A stretch of DNA of 64,000 nt from Macrostomum lignano (lineage: Eukaryota), in contig NIVC01003316.1 in assembly GCA_002269645.1 (NCBI GenBank), positions 40,369-104,368 of the forward strand, in the 5' to 3' direction. Made by a program: the position numbers and the translations under genes. Each line of letters begins with the position of its first letter. Position 1 is the stretch's first letter. The notes beneath the pieces were generated by a model. It did no database searches. It saw only the letters and a program-made list of their open reading frames with translations, and was not told the DNA's origin. Shown here one piece after another: positions 1-11,953 of this stretch.

Positions 1-804
1 ACAACGTTATAATGTAAACTGTAGCTAATACGGATAAATGCGTTGAATAAGAATATGGCTAATAATTAAACTATAAGATATGTAAAGGTTCCGCGTAGAA
101 ATATTTTGTTATGGAAATTCGAAGAAAAATGCAGAAATTTCTTTTACTTAATTTGGAAATTTTACTCGTATAGAATGCGCGAAGGGGAAAGGAAACTTCT
201 AGAAACTAGGTACATTGGAATAACAACGCTACAAATGCATAACTTAACAAAATAAACTGTTACTCTTTTTTTAAATAAAATGACCTGCTCATTGAATTGG
301 TTTCATTTTATACCAAACTTTCTATTTTTACCAAAAGTGAAGTGTGTTCATCTTAGAAGCAACTTGTTACCAAAATGACTATTTGTCATTAAAATGTTTG
401 TCACTGAAATGATTTATCATTGAAATTACCTGCACCCTTAGTAGCATTCCATTGTTAAATTGTTTGTGTATTTTTACTATTAGGTCATAATAGGCCTACC
501 CTACTGATTAGAGGTTTTATATAGGCATTTATTTTATAGATAATATTTACTTAATTTGCCTAGAAGTTAAATTTTAAATGTGTCAATAAGTTAAATAGTA
601 AAGAACACAAAATAAACCATGTCTTATTGATTTGGACACAAAAAATTATTGTCCTAATCTTATTCCTTTGGTTGTATACCTATACTTGTAGTTATATATT
701 AGCATTTAGCACTTTAAATGCAAAAACTAGTTGTCACAAGTTATATTTGTGACATATTGACTATATTGACTATTGACTATTGATATACATTGACTATATA
801 TATA

Positions 805-1513
805 TAGTGATAGATTGAAATTATCTTTCAAATCGAAATTTTCGCTTCCTTAAAATCGAAATCAAAATCGAAATTTTTGAGCTTAACAAATTTTTACTTT
901 TTTGCTAATCATGCAAAAAGGTTAACACCTTGCCTCTGCATGTATGAGCTCACATGTTTTATAAAAAGTATCTTTGATATGTTTAAACCAGAATACTTAA
1001 GATTTAACTTACTTTAAAAATACAAAATAGAAAATGCTGGTGTATTATGTATTATACACTCGTACATAGAAATATAGTGAAGTTGTATTATACTTCACTG
1101 CTGTTTAAGCTAAAGATCTAGATATGAGTAGCCTATATCCATATCATTAAGGCTTTAAGTCTTTAGCCAATTAAAATCCACGCCAATGAGTTCAGCCAGT
1201 GGGCTTGTGGAGGTTGAGGTGGGTGCAGCACAAGGCCTGGAACAGTGTGTGCCCCGCACAATCTTTCTTATAGAAAGGTGATTCTCATCTCCCCACTGAG
1301 TCTTTGAACTGCACTTCTTTTCACTTCCTATAGATTTTCTTTCTCGTGTAGCATGATCATCAATGTCTAAATTGTTAAAATATAACCAAAATTTTAAAAT
1401 GATTTTCAATGAATGGTGTTGAAATTCAAAATTGAAATCAAAATTATTTCAATTCAAAATTAGTTTCGAAATTCGGAATATCAAAATCGAAATCAAATTT
1501 CAATCCATCACTA
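805..1513. mobile_element. Non-autonomous hAT-like TIR element (about 710 bp)
   Basis: 18-bp TIRs TAGTGATAGATTGAAATT (805-822) and AATTTCAATCCATCACTA (1496-1513), 1 mismatch. TATATATA flanks both sides (8-bp TSD-like). AAATCGAAA subterminal repeats lie near both ends. Confidence 0.7.
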
Positions 1514-2994
1514 TATATATAGTCATTTGTTGAACATTTCAAAATTCTAAAAAGTTGCAAGGATAGGCCTTAAAGACAAAATTTTTCCTTCTTTCTTTAA
1601 AATTAGGCATTAGAATGATTGCATCAATTTTTATGTATACATATGCTTCTATATAGTATACACTAGGCCCTATATTTTATAGTGCAATTTTTGTGCATTT
1701 TGTGCATTTAATACCAGTTAATAGGACTTAAAATACTCTATGATATAACAAGATATATTTAAGACCCATAAATGCCATACATTTTACCTGGTTGTATGAC
1801 TTTCTTTTTGACCAAATATGTGATTTATCTATAATATCCTAAAGCAAAAATTAACATACTTTTGTATAAATGGCAAGAGTAACTATGAATATGCCTTATC
1901 ATCTATTTAGTATTATTACCATTTTTGGGTTGGCATTTTTGCAATATACCTTTGCTAGACATCTTGCCACCTAGCTGAATTAACTAGGTGTTAGGCATAT
2001 ATATTAAGACAACAGATATGAAATCGACATAGAATATTATATATTTAATCTAGATGCAATAAATTAGAGAATTGATTTAGGTTGCAATTTGACCTCTTTT
2101 CTATATAATAATTTGCCTAATTTTGATACAGTTCTGTATTTTAATATATATACTCTTAATAAATTGTTATCTTTGTCTGAATATAAGCATAGCTTAACAT
2201 TATGACCACACAATTGATTGGTTTTAAAAGTAAAGAGAAGTTAGTAGCAAATAGCATGTTTCTTTAATTATTATAATTATATATACTATGCACTTGTTAA
2301 ACTATTAAGACAATTTTTCAGTAAAGATTGCAATGTTATCAAACCATATTAAATGGTTGCTAACTGGTAGTAAGATTCTATTTAAATTTCTCATAGAGGG
2401 GGATAGAGTCAACAACATACATGCGCAACTTCTGAAATTACGCTGGCCGTGCGACTTAGTTTTCGATAAAAAATGCGACTTACCTATGAAAGAGCCAAGC
2501 AAAAACTTTAGGTAAACGGCAGGAGTAACTATGACCATATTTTTAAAGCTAACTGCCTCGCCAGCTAATTAGTGCTGCGTGCAGATTCCGCGTTTTTATA
2601 ACAGCTAATCAGTGTCATCTAGTGGCGGCATGAAGCAATTAGTAAATTGTCAGTACAGTGTAGTGAGCATACTACAAAAGTCATGATTCATGAATGTCCA
2701 GAAGTAAGTGAAGTGAATACAGTGTGACCTATAGCTCAAGAACGATTTGCTAGACGATTTGGCATGGAAGATGAGAGCCCTGATTCAGATGGCTCATCAG
2801 ATGCAGAATACGAATCCTGTAGAGATACAAGCTGTGAAAACCCACAGATTTTTAAACCACTGAATTCTAATTCCCGGAACTATTTTTGCATAGATTCTAA
2901 ATTTGAAGTCATGCTCAAACAAAAACTTGTTAACAGTTAGGAAAAAGGCAAAGATGGGAGTAATGCATGTTAAACTAAGATTTGAGGCCTTTGC

Positions 2995-3620
2995 AAATTC
3001 TCTCCATTCCTCAATCTTCTCATCCTCTTTTTCTTTTCTCTCTCATCCCTTATCCCTTTTCTCTTTCCTCTCCTCTCTCCTCTCGTCTCTCCATTCCACT
3101 CTACTCTCTCATCTTATCTTCCCTCTCGTCTCTCTCCACTCTACTCTCTCATCTTATCTCTCCTCTCTTTTCTACTCTCTCATCTCTCCTCTCTTCACTC
3201 TCCTCTCATCTCCTCTTTATCCTCTCTTCTCTCATCTACTCTCTCCTCTTTCCTCTTTCCTCTCTTCTGATCTCATCCATCATCTTTTCTTTCCTCTTTC
3301 CTCTAATCTCCTCTTCTCTCTCATCTCTTTTTCCTCCCTCAGCTTTTCTCTCCTCTTCTATCTTTTCTCCCATCGCATCGCTCGCCTCTCCTCTGTTTGC
3401 TTATCTCTAATCTTCTATTCCCTCTACTTTGAAGTAAGAAAATATGCACATATTTTTGCTGAAGATAAGAGGATAGAAGAGGGCATTGAGGAGAAAGGGT
3501 AGAGAGAAAGGGGGAGAAGAGAGGAGAGTAAAAATGAGAGGAGAGAGAAGAGGGAAAAGGGGGAGAGAGAGAAGAGGGGAGGCAAGGTAGAGAAGAAGAG
3601 AGAGATGAGAGTTGAAGAGA
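2995..3620. repeat. CT-rich then GA-rich low-complexity tract
   Basis: Polypyrimidine about 2995-3420 followed by polypurine about 3480-3620. Source of the spurious S/L-rich ORFs. Confidence 0.9.
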
Positions 3621-3649
3621 CACCAACCTTGCTGGTTAGGAAGTTTCAA

Positions 3650-3710
3650 AGAACCCGAGGGGCAAGGGCCAGATAGAGGGGCTTCGCGAGCCGGAGTTTG
3701 CCAACCCCTG
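3650..3710. mobile_element. Right end of a hAT-type MITE nested in the TIR element
   Basis: Ends in AGTTTGCCAACCCCTG (reverse complement CAGGGGTTGGCAAACT, a typical hAT terminus), preceded by GGGCC/GGCTTCGCG subterminal motifs. Left end not found. A similar GAGGCTTCGCAGGACTGAGTTTGCC occurs near 13886-13910. Confidence 0.5.
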
Positions 3711-3869
3711 CTCCAGAGTTTAAGAAATCAATGGGAAACTGTTGACGCGGGCTTCTGATTTCAAAGATCTTGTCTGTGGTTGAAGGCTTCTATTCTGTTT
3801 TTGCTCTCCTGCCACACTTGCACCTACTACCCCTGATTGCCTCTGATTGTGACTTACTTCCCTCTTATT

Positions 3870-4215
3870 GCGACTTAGTTGCTTCTTTTTGCGACTTACC
3901 TAATCCTTTTTGCAACTTACCTAATCCTTTTTGCAACTTACCTAATCCTTTTTGTAACTTACTTAATCCTTTTTGCAACTTACCTAATCCTTTGCGACTT
4001 ACCTAATCCTTTTTGCGACTTACCTAATCCTTTTGCGACTTAGCTGATCCTTTTGCGACTTACCTGATTCTTTTTGCGACTTAGTTTGCTTCTTTTGCGA
4101 CTTACCTGATTCCTGTTGCGACTTACCTGATCCTTTTTGCGACTTAGTTTGCTTCTTTTGCGACTTACCTGATCCTTTTTGCGACTTACCTGATTATTTT
4201 TATAACTTAGTTTGC
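3870..4215. repeat. 21-22 bp minisatellite (TGCGACTTACCTAATCCTTTT)n
   Basis: Tandem units visible directly; translates as NLPNPFC repeats. Lies inside the right part of the TIR element. Confidence 0.9.
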
Positions 4216-5455
4216 TTCTTTTGCGAATTGTTTTTCTTTTGCTTCACCATTTTCCCTGAACTGCTCTTTCTTTCGCTTTCCTCTTGACTTTCTTGGTTCT
4301 TGTGTTTTTCTGTTTTTGGTTGACTCAATTTTGCGACTTACCCCTGGTCAGCCACGATTTACGGTGGCCAGATCGGCCAGGTCGGCCAGCAGTTGCGCAT
4401 GTATGGTCAACAATGAGTATGAAGGGAATAAGTCAAAGAGAAAGATATAGATTTCAGATTGATAATGAGACCCATTGGGACTAGTAAGAAAGAGAGGATG
4501 AAGAAGAAATTAAAATTTAGGGAAATGAGCTAAGAGCTACTTTAAGATTAGGGCAAGATTGATAGATGGTAGATAGTGATTAGGACAATATAACTTTTTA
4601 GCATTTTAAGTACAACTTTGGGTATAGCACTTGTACCCAAAAACCTATCATGCAAAACAGGCCATAGGTCATCTGATATTAGCATTTTTTGTCTAGAGCT
4701 TTCTTAGTAACTACCAAATCTATGATCCATACTAGAGCAACTAAGAGAAGGATAAAGAAGGTAAAATGATATATTTATAATAGTTTATAAATTAATTCAA
4801 CCATATTTCATAAATTTTGTTTATAACATATTGAATCTATTAGATATGCTACAAATAAATTAAATTATAATATACTTTTTGCATAAGTTGTAGTTCAAAA
4901 AGGCAAACAAATATACTTTTGCAGACAAGTAAACTTTTTCGAATTGTACTAATAGTTTAAAAGTAAATTTTAAAGACATTTTAGTCAGTGTTGATATTAA
5001 TTAATATCCACATTAATTAGATAACATAAAAGTATTGAACTTTTGCATGGCTTTTGCACTTGGTAATATACCAAGAACCAAGTGCCCTTATCCAAATACT
5101 TAGCTACTATTTAGCCAGTACTAGATAAATCAATTTTTTCCAAATCAAAAATAAGATATTTATCTTTATAGGAAAAAAAACTGCAGTCAAGATGCAATAG
5201 TTTTTAACAGGTTATGGATAAAGTTTAAAAATGGTTTTCAAGCATGATATCCCTAATTGGCCTAAATAGCAAAATTTGGTTAACATTAAAAAAGGCAATA
5301 TATTAGAAATTGTTCGATAATATAAGAAATGAAATGCCACTTAATTAAAAACTTAAAAAGGAAAAACAATGAGAAACAGATGATCTGTGACTAGTTTCAA
5401 TTGTCTACTATCATTGTCATGCAAAGTAAATGTATTTTGAAGTAGGTTGTTTGTA

Positions 5456-6813
5456 CTTTGAGTGTCCCAAATTTATTTAGACTTCTTACAAAATTTAACT
5501 ATATCAACTACAGCAACAAAAGAAACCATCAGTCAGTGACATAATCTCCTTGGCATTGAATAACAGCATTGCAGTGATCCCAAATTTGATGCAACTCCTG
5601 CTGCAGGCTCTCAATCTTTAGACCCCTTGCCCACTGCAACGTTGCCTCTTGCACTTCAACATGGTTCCCAAACTGGTGATGCTCGAAGTCTCGTTTCAGC
5701 CAAGAAAGCAAAAACGGTCACAAAGATTAAAATCTGGACCATACAGTGCCTAGTGCAGCAGTTGGATGCCTTGTTTCTCCATGAATGTTGAGTTACTGCA
5801 GCTATGTAAGGCTGGGCATTGTCCCACTGCCAGATCACCTGATCAAGATGAATTGGTTGACTTCTTAAAGATTGCCAGAGATTCCTGGTTTGCTGAACAA
5901 AGTTGACAATGAACTTTGCATCCACTGACTGTCCTGGTTTGGTTGTTTCAAATGAAAACCTTTTGCTGGGAGTGAAGGCTGCAACAAGCAAAGTCTTCTT
6001 GTTTGTCATGCATCTTCTTACCACCTGGGGCCTAGGCTCCCCCTTTGACAGCCAGCATCTATTGCTTATTTTGCAGGGCAAGCCTTCAAAGAAGATCTAG
6101 GACTCATCTTGGGTGACCAACTTGTCTATGATGTTTTTGATTCCTTCACTCTGAAACACACTGTGGATGTTTCTGGCACATGCCACCCTAGCCTGTTTGT
6201 TGGCCTTGGTGAGGTGATGGGACACCCATACCGATGTGATACAATGCAGCTCCAGGTCTTCTCTCAAAATTCGATGCACTGTTGACTTATCAACCTCCAG
6301 CCAGTCAGCAAGGGTCCATACTGACACTTTTGGATCATCTTCAATCAGAACATGCGCATCACTGATCAGCTCTGGTGTTCAAGTTGATCAAGGTCTCCCA
6401 GCACCGCTGGCACTCGGGCAGTCGCCTGGTCCTTTAGTGGGACTGGTCTTGGCATCAGCAGTGGCTGCCTTGAAATAATTAAATACAGTTGCATGGCATG
6501 GAACCCCATTGCCATACACAAAAGACAACTCTTCAAAGCACTGTTGAGTACTGATTCCAAGCTGCTGCTATGTCCATGCATAAAATCTAAAGTTTTCTTT
6601 GCTTGGCTCCATTCATTTTTGCACTGGTGTTGCAGTAGGCAAAACTGAGCTATAAAAATCTATTAGGGATGCACAAGAGAAGGTGCAGTGATACTTAAAT
6701 CTCTTGTGCGTCTTCGGTACTATCTATGGTAGCATGTGGTGTGCTGACAGCTGTAGCTATAGTTCACTCTTCAAATAGCAGCAATAATCTAAATAAATTT
6801 GGGACATCTAAAG
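5456..6813 (-). mobile_element. Full-length but inactivated mariner (DD34D-type) transposon, 1358 bp
   Basis: 26-bp TIRs CTTTGAGTGTCCCAAATTTATTTAGA and TCTAAATAAATTTGGGACATCTAAAG (3 mismatches), TA on both flanks. Fragmented transposase: HTH (LADWLEVDKSTVHRIL), WVSHHL (WVPHEL-like), VTQDES, WQWDNAQP and YGPDFNLCD (YSPDL-like), with stops and frameshifts. Confidence 0.92.
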
Positions 6814-8591
6814 TATATAAATGAGCAAAGTTAGGAAAATAGGTTGTATATGCTAAACAAAAATTATTGATTATGAAATGAAAGGTGAAAGCAAGGGTAA
6901 GGGACAAAGATAGTTGAGTTACAAAATTCAGTCTTAGCAGTTTTACTGAATCAGAAAACAATTAGCTTGCGGATATATGAGCATTGCAAAACTGTACCCA
7001 AGAAATTTCTTACACAATTTCAAATTTTGCACCTTTTGATACAAGCAAAATGTCATACACTAAGAGCCATCAAAAAGCTGAATATGTCTTTATGAATGGC
7101 ATTTAAATCAAAGCCAATAAGTGAATAAATTATTAAATCAATATTTGTTGCTTTTTCACCACTTCAATAGAAGCAGTTTTTTAATGTTGCATGCATGCAT
7201 CTAGGCTACACAAAAGCCATATACCACTCTGCAAACTTCAAAATTGTGTTGGAAATTTATTGGGTATAATTTTGTAATGCTCATAGGTTTTGGCAGGCAC
7301 ATGGTATTGCTGTAACATTTTATGCTTTAATAAAACAAGTGTGAAAGAGAATGTAGGTCGAATTTTAACTTATTTAAACAATCCTGCTGTCTATAGCAAA
7401 CATAGTCTAGAAACTTTTGCAACACTCCTTTGTATATATACATGGTATAACAACATGACTAATTAGCACTCAGATTAATTCTCAACTGTATAAATGCTAA
7501 GCAAAATTTAAATAAATATAAAAACCAAATATACTTTAGCCTATAACTCAAGTCAAAATAATCTTAGCAATAAAACAAATCTTAGAACTACAATAGACTA
7601 CAGTATTGTGGTGGCCAGACTGTATGCAACTGGCAGCACCAGTGCAGCTGCACTGAAACCCCTCCCCCTCCCAACCTGTCTAGCTGAAGTGGGATGGGTG
7701 CGCACCAAGCTGGCCGGCTTGCTAAGCTGGGGGGTGGGTTAGTATAGCCTATCACGCCACACCACCTGTTCACACCTCCCTAGGCCCCTCAATCTCACAC
7801 TATTTGTATAAATATAAATATGTGTGCAAAGCAGTGCAAAATCTTTGCTGCCATTCCATCTATTGAACTAATTAAGGCCTTCTGCCTCAGTATAATATAA
7901 TAAAAATGCTTTTTGTAATTGATTACAGGTTACTAGTATTAGTTTTTAAAAATTATATTTATAATCCAATATTAGTTTTGGTAATATTATTTTTAACTTT
8001 GCATGCTAAAATGAGGGTACAATTTTGTACTTTTATATCTTATTATTTAAAATAGATTAGTATACAAAGAAAATACTAATCAATAATTTTTATAATAATA
8101 TAAAGAGCTAAAAATATGATATGCAAGTACTGTATTCGAAAAACTACATGCTTTACAATGTATATAGAATGTAGTTAACCAGCATGTGTTTTTCACTAAA
8201 TCACAAAACTATTTTTAGGAAAACCTACAAGCCAATTGTCTGCCCTGCAATTATACAATTTTTTATTTACCTTCTTTATTAGCTGATAAATTTTTTCGAA
8301 ATTTTGGGCACAAAAATTAGTAGGCAATAATTGCTCAAAATGCCACCTGGAAAGATCAATTAAATGTTTTGGATTTTTCTGGAAAATGTCGCTAAGTTCT
8401 TTCATAATCTTTTTATCATTCAAAGCCGATTCTTCAAGGCAATTTCTTGAATGGATGCAGATTGGCCAATTTTATGATATTTTTTCTGTGGCTTTTAAAC
8501 TCGTTCGGGCCAGAAAATTTCTGTATAAAAAGTCCTCAGAATTAAGCTTCGATGAAACTAATCAATAATTTATGCGCCAGGCTGGCGAGTC

Positions 8592-11148
8592 ATGTCTGAC
8601 GCAGACCTAGCGCAGCAGCAGCAGACTGCTGTTGCAGAAGAACAACAGCAACAACAAGAACAAGTTGCTGCTATTTCGAACGAACAGGTTCAACAGGAGG
8701 CTGCTTGCGGCAGCTTCCAGGAGCAGCAACCGGAGGACGCCGAGGTTGCGAATGCCGAGCACGCTGTTGCGGTGGACGAGGCGAAAGCAGCAGACAGCCA
8801 GCTGGAGCCAGGCGCCGGTAATGCAGCAGACGAGTTTGGGGCTGACGCTCGACCAATGCAGGGCCTGGACTCGATTCTGGCTAACACGGACGCCATCGAT
8901 GTTGATCAGTACCAGCCCCAGCCCACCCAGGGCTGGCAGCACCAGCATCCGCTGTCAGCCGCTGCATCGGCTACTTCGCCAACTGCCAGGCAGCCGGCAA
9001 AGTACATCTGCCGGGAGTGCGGCCGCGGCTACGCTAACAAGTCCTCGTTGAGAACGCACGCCAGAGGTGCACACGCCGATCTGCTGGGCCAAGGAGGCGG
9101 CGGCGCGGCAGGATCAGCCAGGCTGTTCAACTGTCCCCACTGCGACTTTGCCAGCCCGTTCCGGGGCAACCTGGACCGGCACGTGCTGTCGCAGCACACG
9201 GCCGGCAGGGAGCGAAGCTTCGGCTGCCAGCAGTGCGGCCAGATGTTCTACACGGCTAGCCAGATGCGGGAGCACTGCCGCTCTGTGCACTCGGACAGCA
9301 GCCACCGATGCGAGCAGTGCGGCAAGCAGTTCAACACTAAACTGCGGCTCCGTCAGCACATGGACACGCACAATCCCACTAAGCCGCACGTGTGCGACAT
9401 GCCCGGCTGCGAGCGGGCCTTTCGCACGGCCAAATACTTGAAGAATCACAAAGACGAATTTCACAAGCTGCAGCCGCACCAATACAACTGTCCGATAGCC
9501 AATTGCGGCGCCGTATTCTATAAGAAGACGCACATGAAGCGGCACATGGAGGTGCACGGCGGGGCCAAGAGTTTCCGCTGTCTATGGCCGGACTGCGAGC
9601 GGGCCTTCAGGACTCACGGGGCCCTGCAGATTCACAGGTACAAGCACACTGGGGAGAAGCCGCTAGGCTGCGGCTTGTGCGAGTACAGGTGCCGGCAGAA
9701 GATCTGCCTGTTCAATCACCACAGACGAGCTCATCCGGACACCGCTCTGCCTGCTCAGCTGGCTAATCTGGCGCAGAGACGCCGCCGGCCGCGGCTGGCC
9801 CAGCCGAATGCCGCCAACGACGCTGTTGGTGGTGCCGCCATTGGAGACTCTGCGGCAGCAGCGGCGGCTGCCGCATCATCCGACGACGACGATGATGAAG
9901 ACGTCGAAGAAGACGGCGACGACGAGGAGAACAATGGAGGCCAGGCGCAGCAGCAGCCTGGTGGGCATCGGCAGCGGCCGCTTGACGCTTCGCTAGCCGC
10001 TTCGTCGGCTGGTGGAGCCGCCGCTGAGCACGACGCCGACTGTCTGTACGGATTCAGCGACTTTGAGAACAGCGACGGCAATATTGGAGGCGGCGTTGGC
10101 AGCGTCGGCGCCTTCCTCACGCAGGCCGACTGCTCCTCTGGCGGCGGCGGTCCCGGCGGCTCGGCTGGTCCGAAGCTCGACTCCCAGATTGACGGTATCA
10201 TTAGCAATCTTGAGCAGGACTCGAATCTTATCGACTTTCTTGAGGAGCGCGTCCAGCATCCTCATCAGCAGCCCATGAGCCAGGCGCCGCATCATCAGCC
10301 GGCGCAGAAGCTGGGTTATTCGATCAACGATTTGGTTTTCCCCGGCAACAGCAGTCAGCGGGCGGCGCCGGCGCACCTGGGCGGGTTTGGCATTCGCTCG
10401 CCCGACAATCTGCCGATCGGCGGCGCGCCCAGCGCCGACTCCTCGGCGAGTCCCAACGGCAACGCGCCCAGCGGCCACAGCACCGGCAGCAACAGCAACG
10501 GCCACCACGGCTGCCCAGCCGGCAGCAGCAAAGACTTCCTCGACGAGGTGTTGGAAGACATTCAGAGCATTCAGGAGAAGGAGCGGGGCGGCGCCGCTGC
10601 TGCCGCTACTGCCGGGTCCTTCAGCTTCGACCGACCGTCGCCTTTTATTGGCGCCAGGCCGGCGCCGCCGTTGGCCGACGCGTCCGCTTGGAGCGACTCG
10701 TCCGGCTATTCGAGCGGCCACGACACCGCCCTGCCGCCCAAGGAGCCCGCGCCTGCCGCCGCCGCCGCTGCAGCTGCCGCCGCCGCCGCTGCCGCAGCCG
10801 CCGCAGCCGCTTCAAGGCCGCTGGGTCCTATCCCGCCTGGCCTGTTTCCGCCCTACTATCCTGCCACAGGGCCTTACCCTGGCAGCCTGTTTCAGCAGCC
10901 TCACCAGCTGCCTCATCACCAGCAGCCGGCTGGTCAGCCGTATCGCCAGCTGCATATGGGCGATCATCTGCGCTCTCTGAGCGCGCTGGGCAACAAGTAC
11001 CTGCCGGACACACCGCAGCAGCCTTACTCTGCTGGCCAGCAGCAGCCGCCGCCGCCGCCACAAGCGCAGCAACCGTGGGATGTGCCCTACAGTGGAGGCC
11101 CGCCTGCTGGCCCCTACGACTACTTGAGAAGTCATCTCAGCAGCGATG
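8592..11148 (+). CDS. C2H2 zinc-finger protein, main exon (8 fingers; acidic Q/A-rich N-terminus, P/Q-rich C-terminus)
   Basis: 854-aa ORF with eight C-x2/4-C..H-x3/4-H fingers (about 9001-9730) including a TGEKP linker. Branch/acceptor CTAAT..GCGCCAG lies 11 nt before the ATG. G|GTGAGT donor at 11148/11149 just before the ORF stop (11156) suggests a further exon. Confidence 0.93.
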
Positions 11149-11172
11149 GTGAGTGAGCTGCTTGGTTTCCAT

Positions 11173-11882
11173 AAACCCGAATGCAGAATCGCCCTGTAAA
11201 CCCCAATGCAGAATCGCCCTGCAAACCCCAATGCAGAATCGCCCTGCAAACCCCAATGCAGAATCGCCCTGTAAACCCCAATGCAGAATCCCCTGTAAAC
11301 CCCAATGCAGAATCGCCCTGTAAACCCCAATTCAGAATCGCCCTGTAAACCCCAATTCAGAATCCCCCTGTAAACCCCAATGCAGAATCGCCCTGTAAAC
11401 CCCAATGCAGAATCCCCTGTAAACCCCAATGCAGAATCCCCCTGTAAACCCCAATGCAGAATCGCCCTGTGAACCCCAATGCAGAATCCCCCTGTGAACC
11501 CCAATGCAGAATCCCCTGTAAACCCCAATGCAGAATCCCCCTGTAAACCCCAATGCAGAATCCCCCTGTAAACCCCAATGCAGAATCCCCCTGTAAACCC
11601 CAATGCAGAATCCCCCTGTAAACCCCAATGCAGAATCGCCCTGTGAACCCCAATGCAGAATCCCCCTGTGAACCCCAATGCAGAATCCCCTGTAAACCCC
11701 AATGCAGAATCCCCTGTAAACCCCAATGCAGAATCCCCTGTAAACCCGAATGCAGAATCCCCTGTAAACCCCAATGCAGAATCCCCCTGTGAACCCCAAT
11801 GCAGAATCCCCTGTAAACCCGAATGCAGAATCCCCTGTAAACCCGAATGCAGAATCCCCCTGTAAACCCCAATGCAGAGTCG
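11173..11882. repeat. 24-25 bp minisatellite (AAACCCCAATGCAGAATCCCCCTGT)n
   Basis: About 28 tandem units starting about 25 nt after the zinc-finger donor site. Confidence 0.95.
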
Positions 11883-11933
11883 CCCAGCACCGCTATGCTT
11901 ACTAGCTGTGGCAGAATCTGCCTCTTGAAGCAG

Positions 11934-11953
11934 ATGGCTCCTATACCCTGTAG
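11934..11953 (+). CDS. Candidate short terminal exon of the zinc-finger gene (…SSD-DGSYTL*)
   Basis: GAAGCAG acceptor about 50 nt after the array; phase 1 matches the donor at 11148. Other acceptors (11953, 14303) are equally in phase. Confidence 0.35.

Larger units (their letters stand above)
2416..4405. mobile_element. Non-autonomous TIR DNA transposon, 1990 bp, P-element-like (or hAT)
   Basis: Perfect 15-bp TIRs CATACATGCGCAACT (2416-2430) and AGTTGCGCATGTATG (4391-4405). Perfect 8-bp TSD GTCAACAA (2408-2415, 4406-4413). TGCGACTTA motifs near both ends. No intact transposase. Confidence 0.85.

Noticed and set aside
2613-2626. CTCF-like word TGTCATCTAGTGGC
   Set aside because: Single short match inside a transposon; no functional evidence obtainable from sequence.
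8607-11152. Many overlapping antisense and alternative-frame ORFs over the zinc-finger exon (and over RPL7, BTF3 and the 61-kb gene)
   Set aside because: Shadows of GC-rich coding sequence; no motifs.
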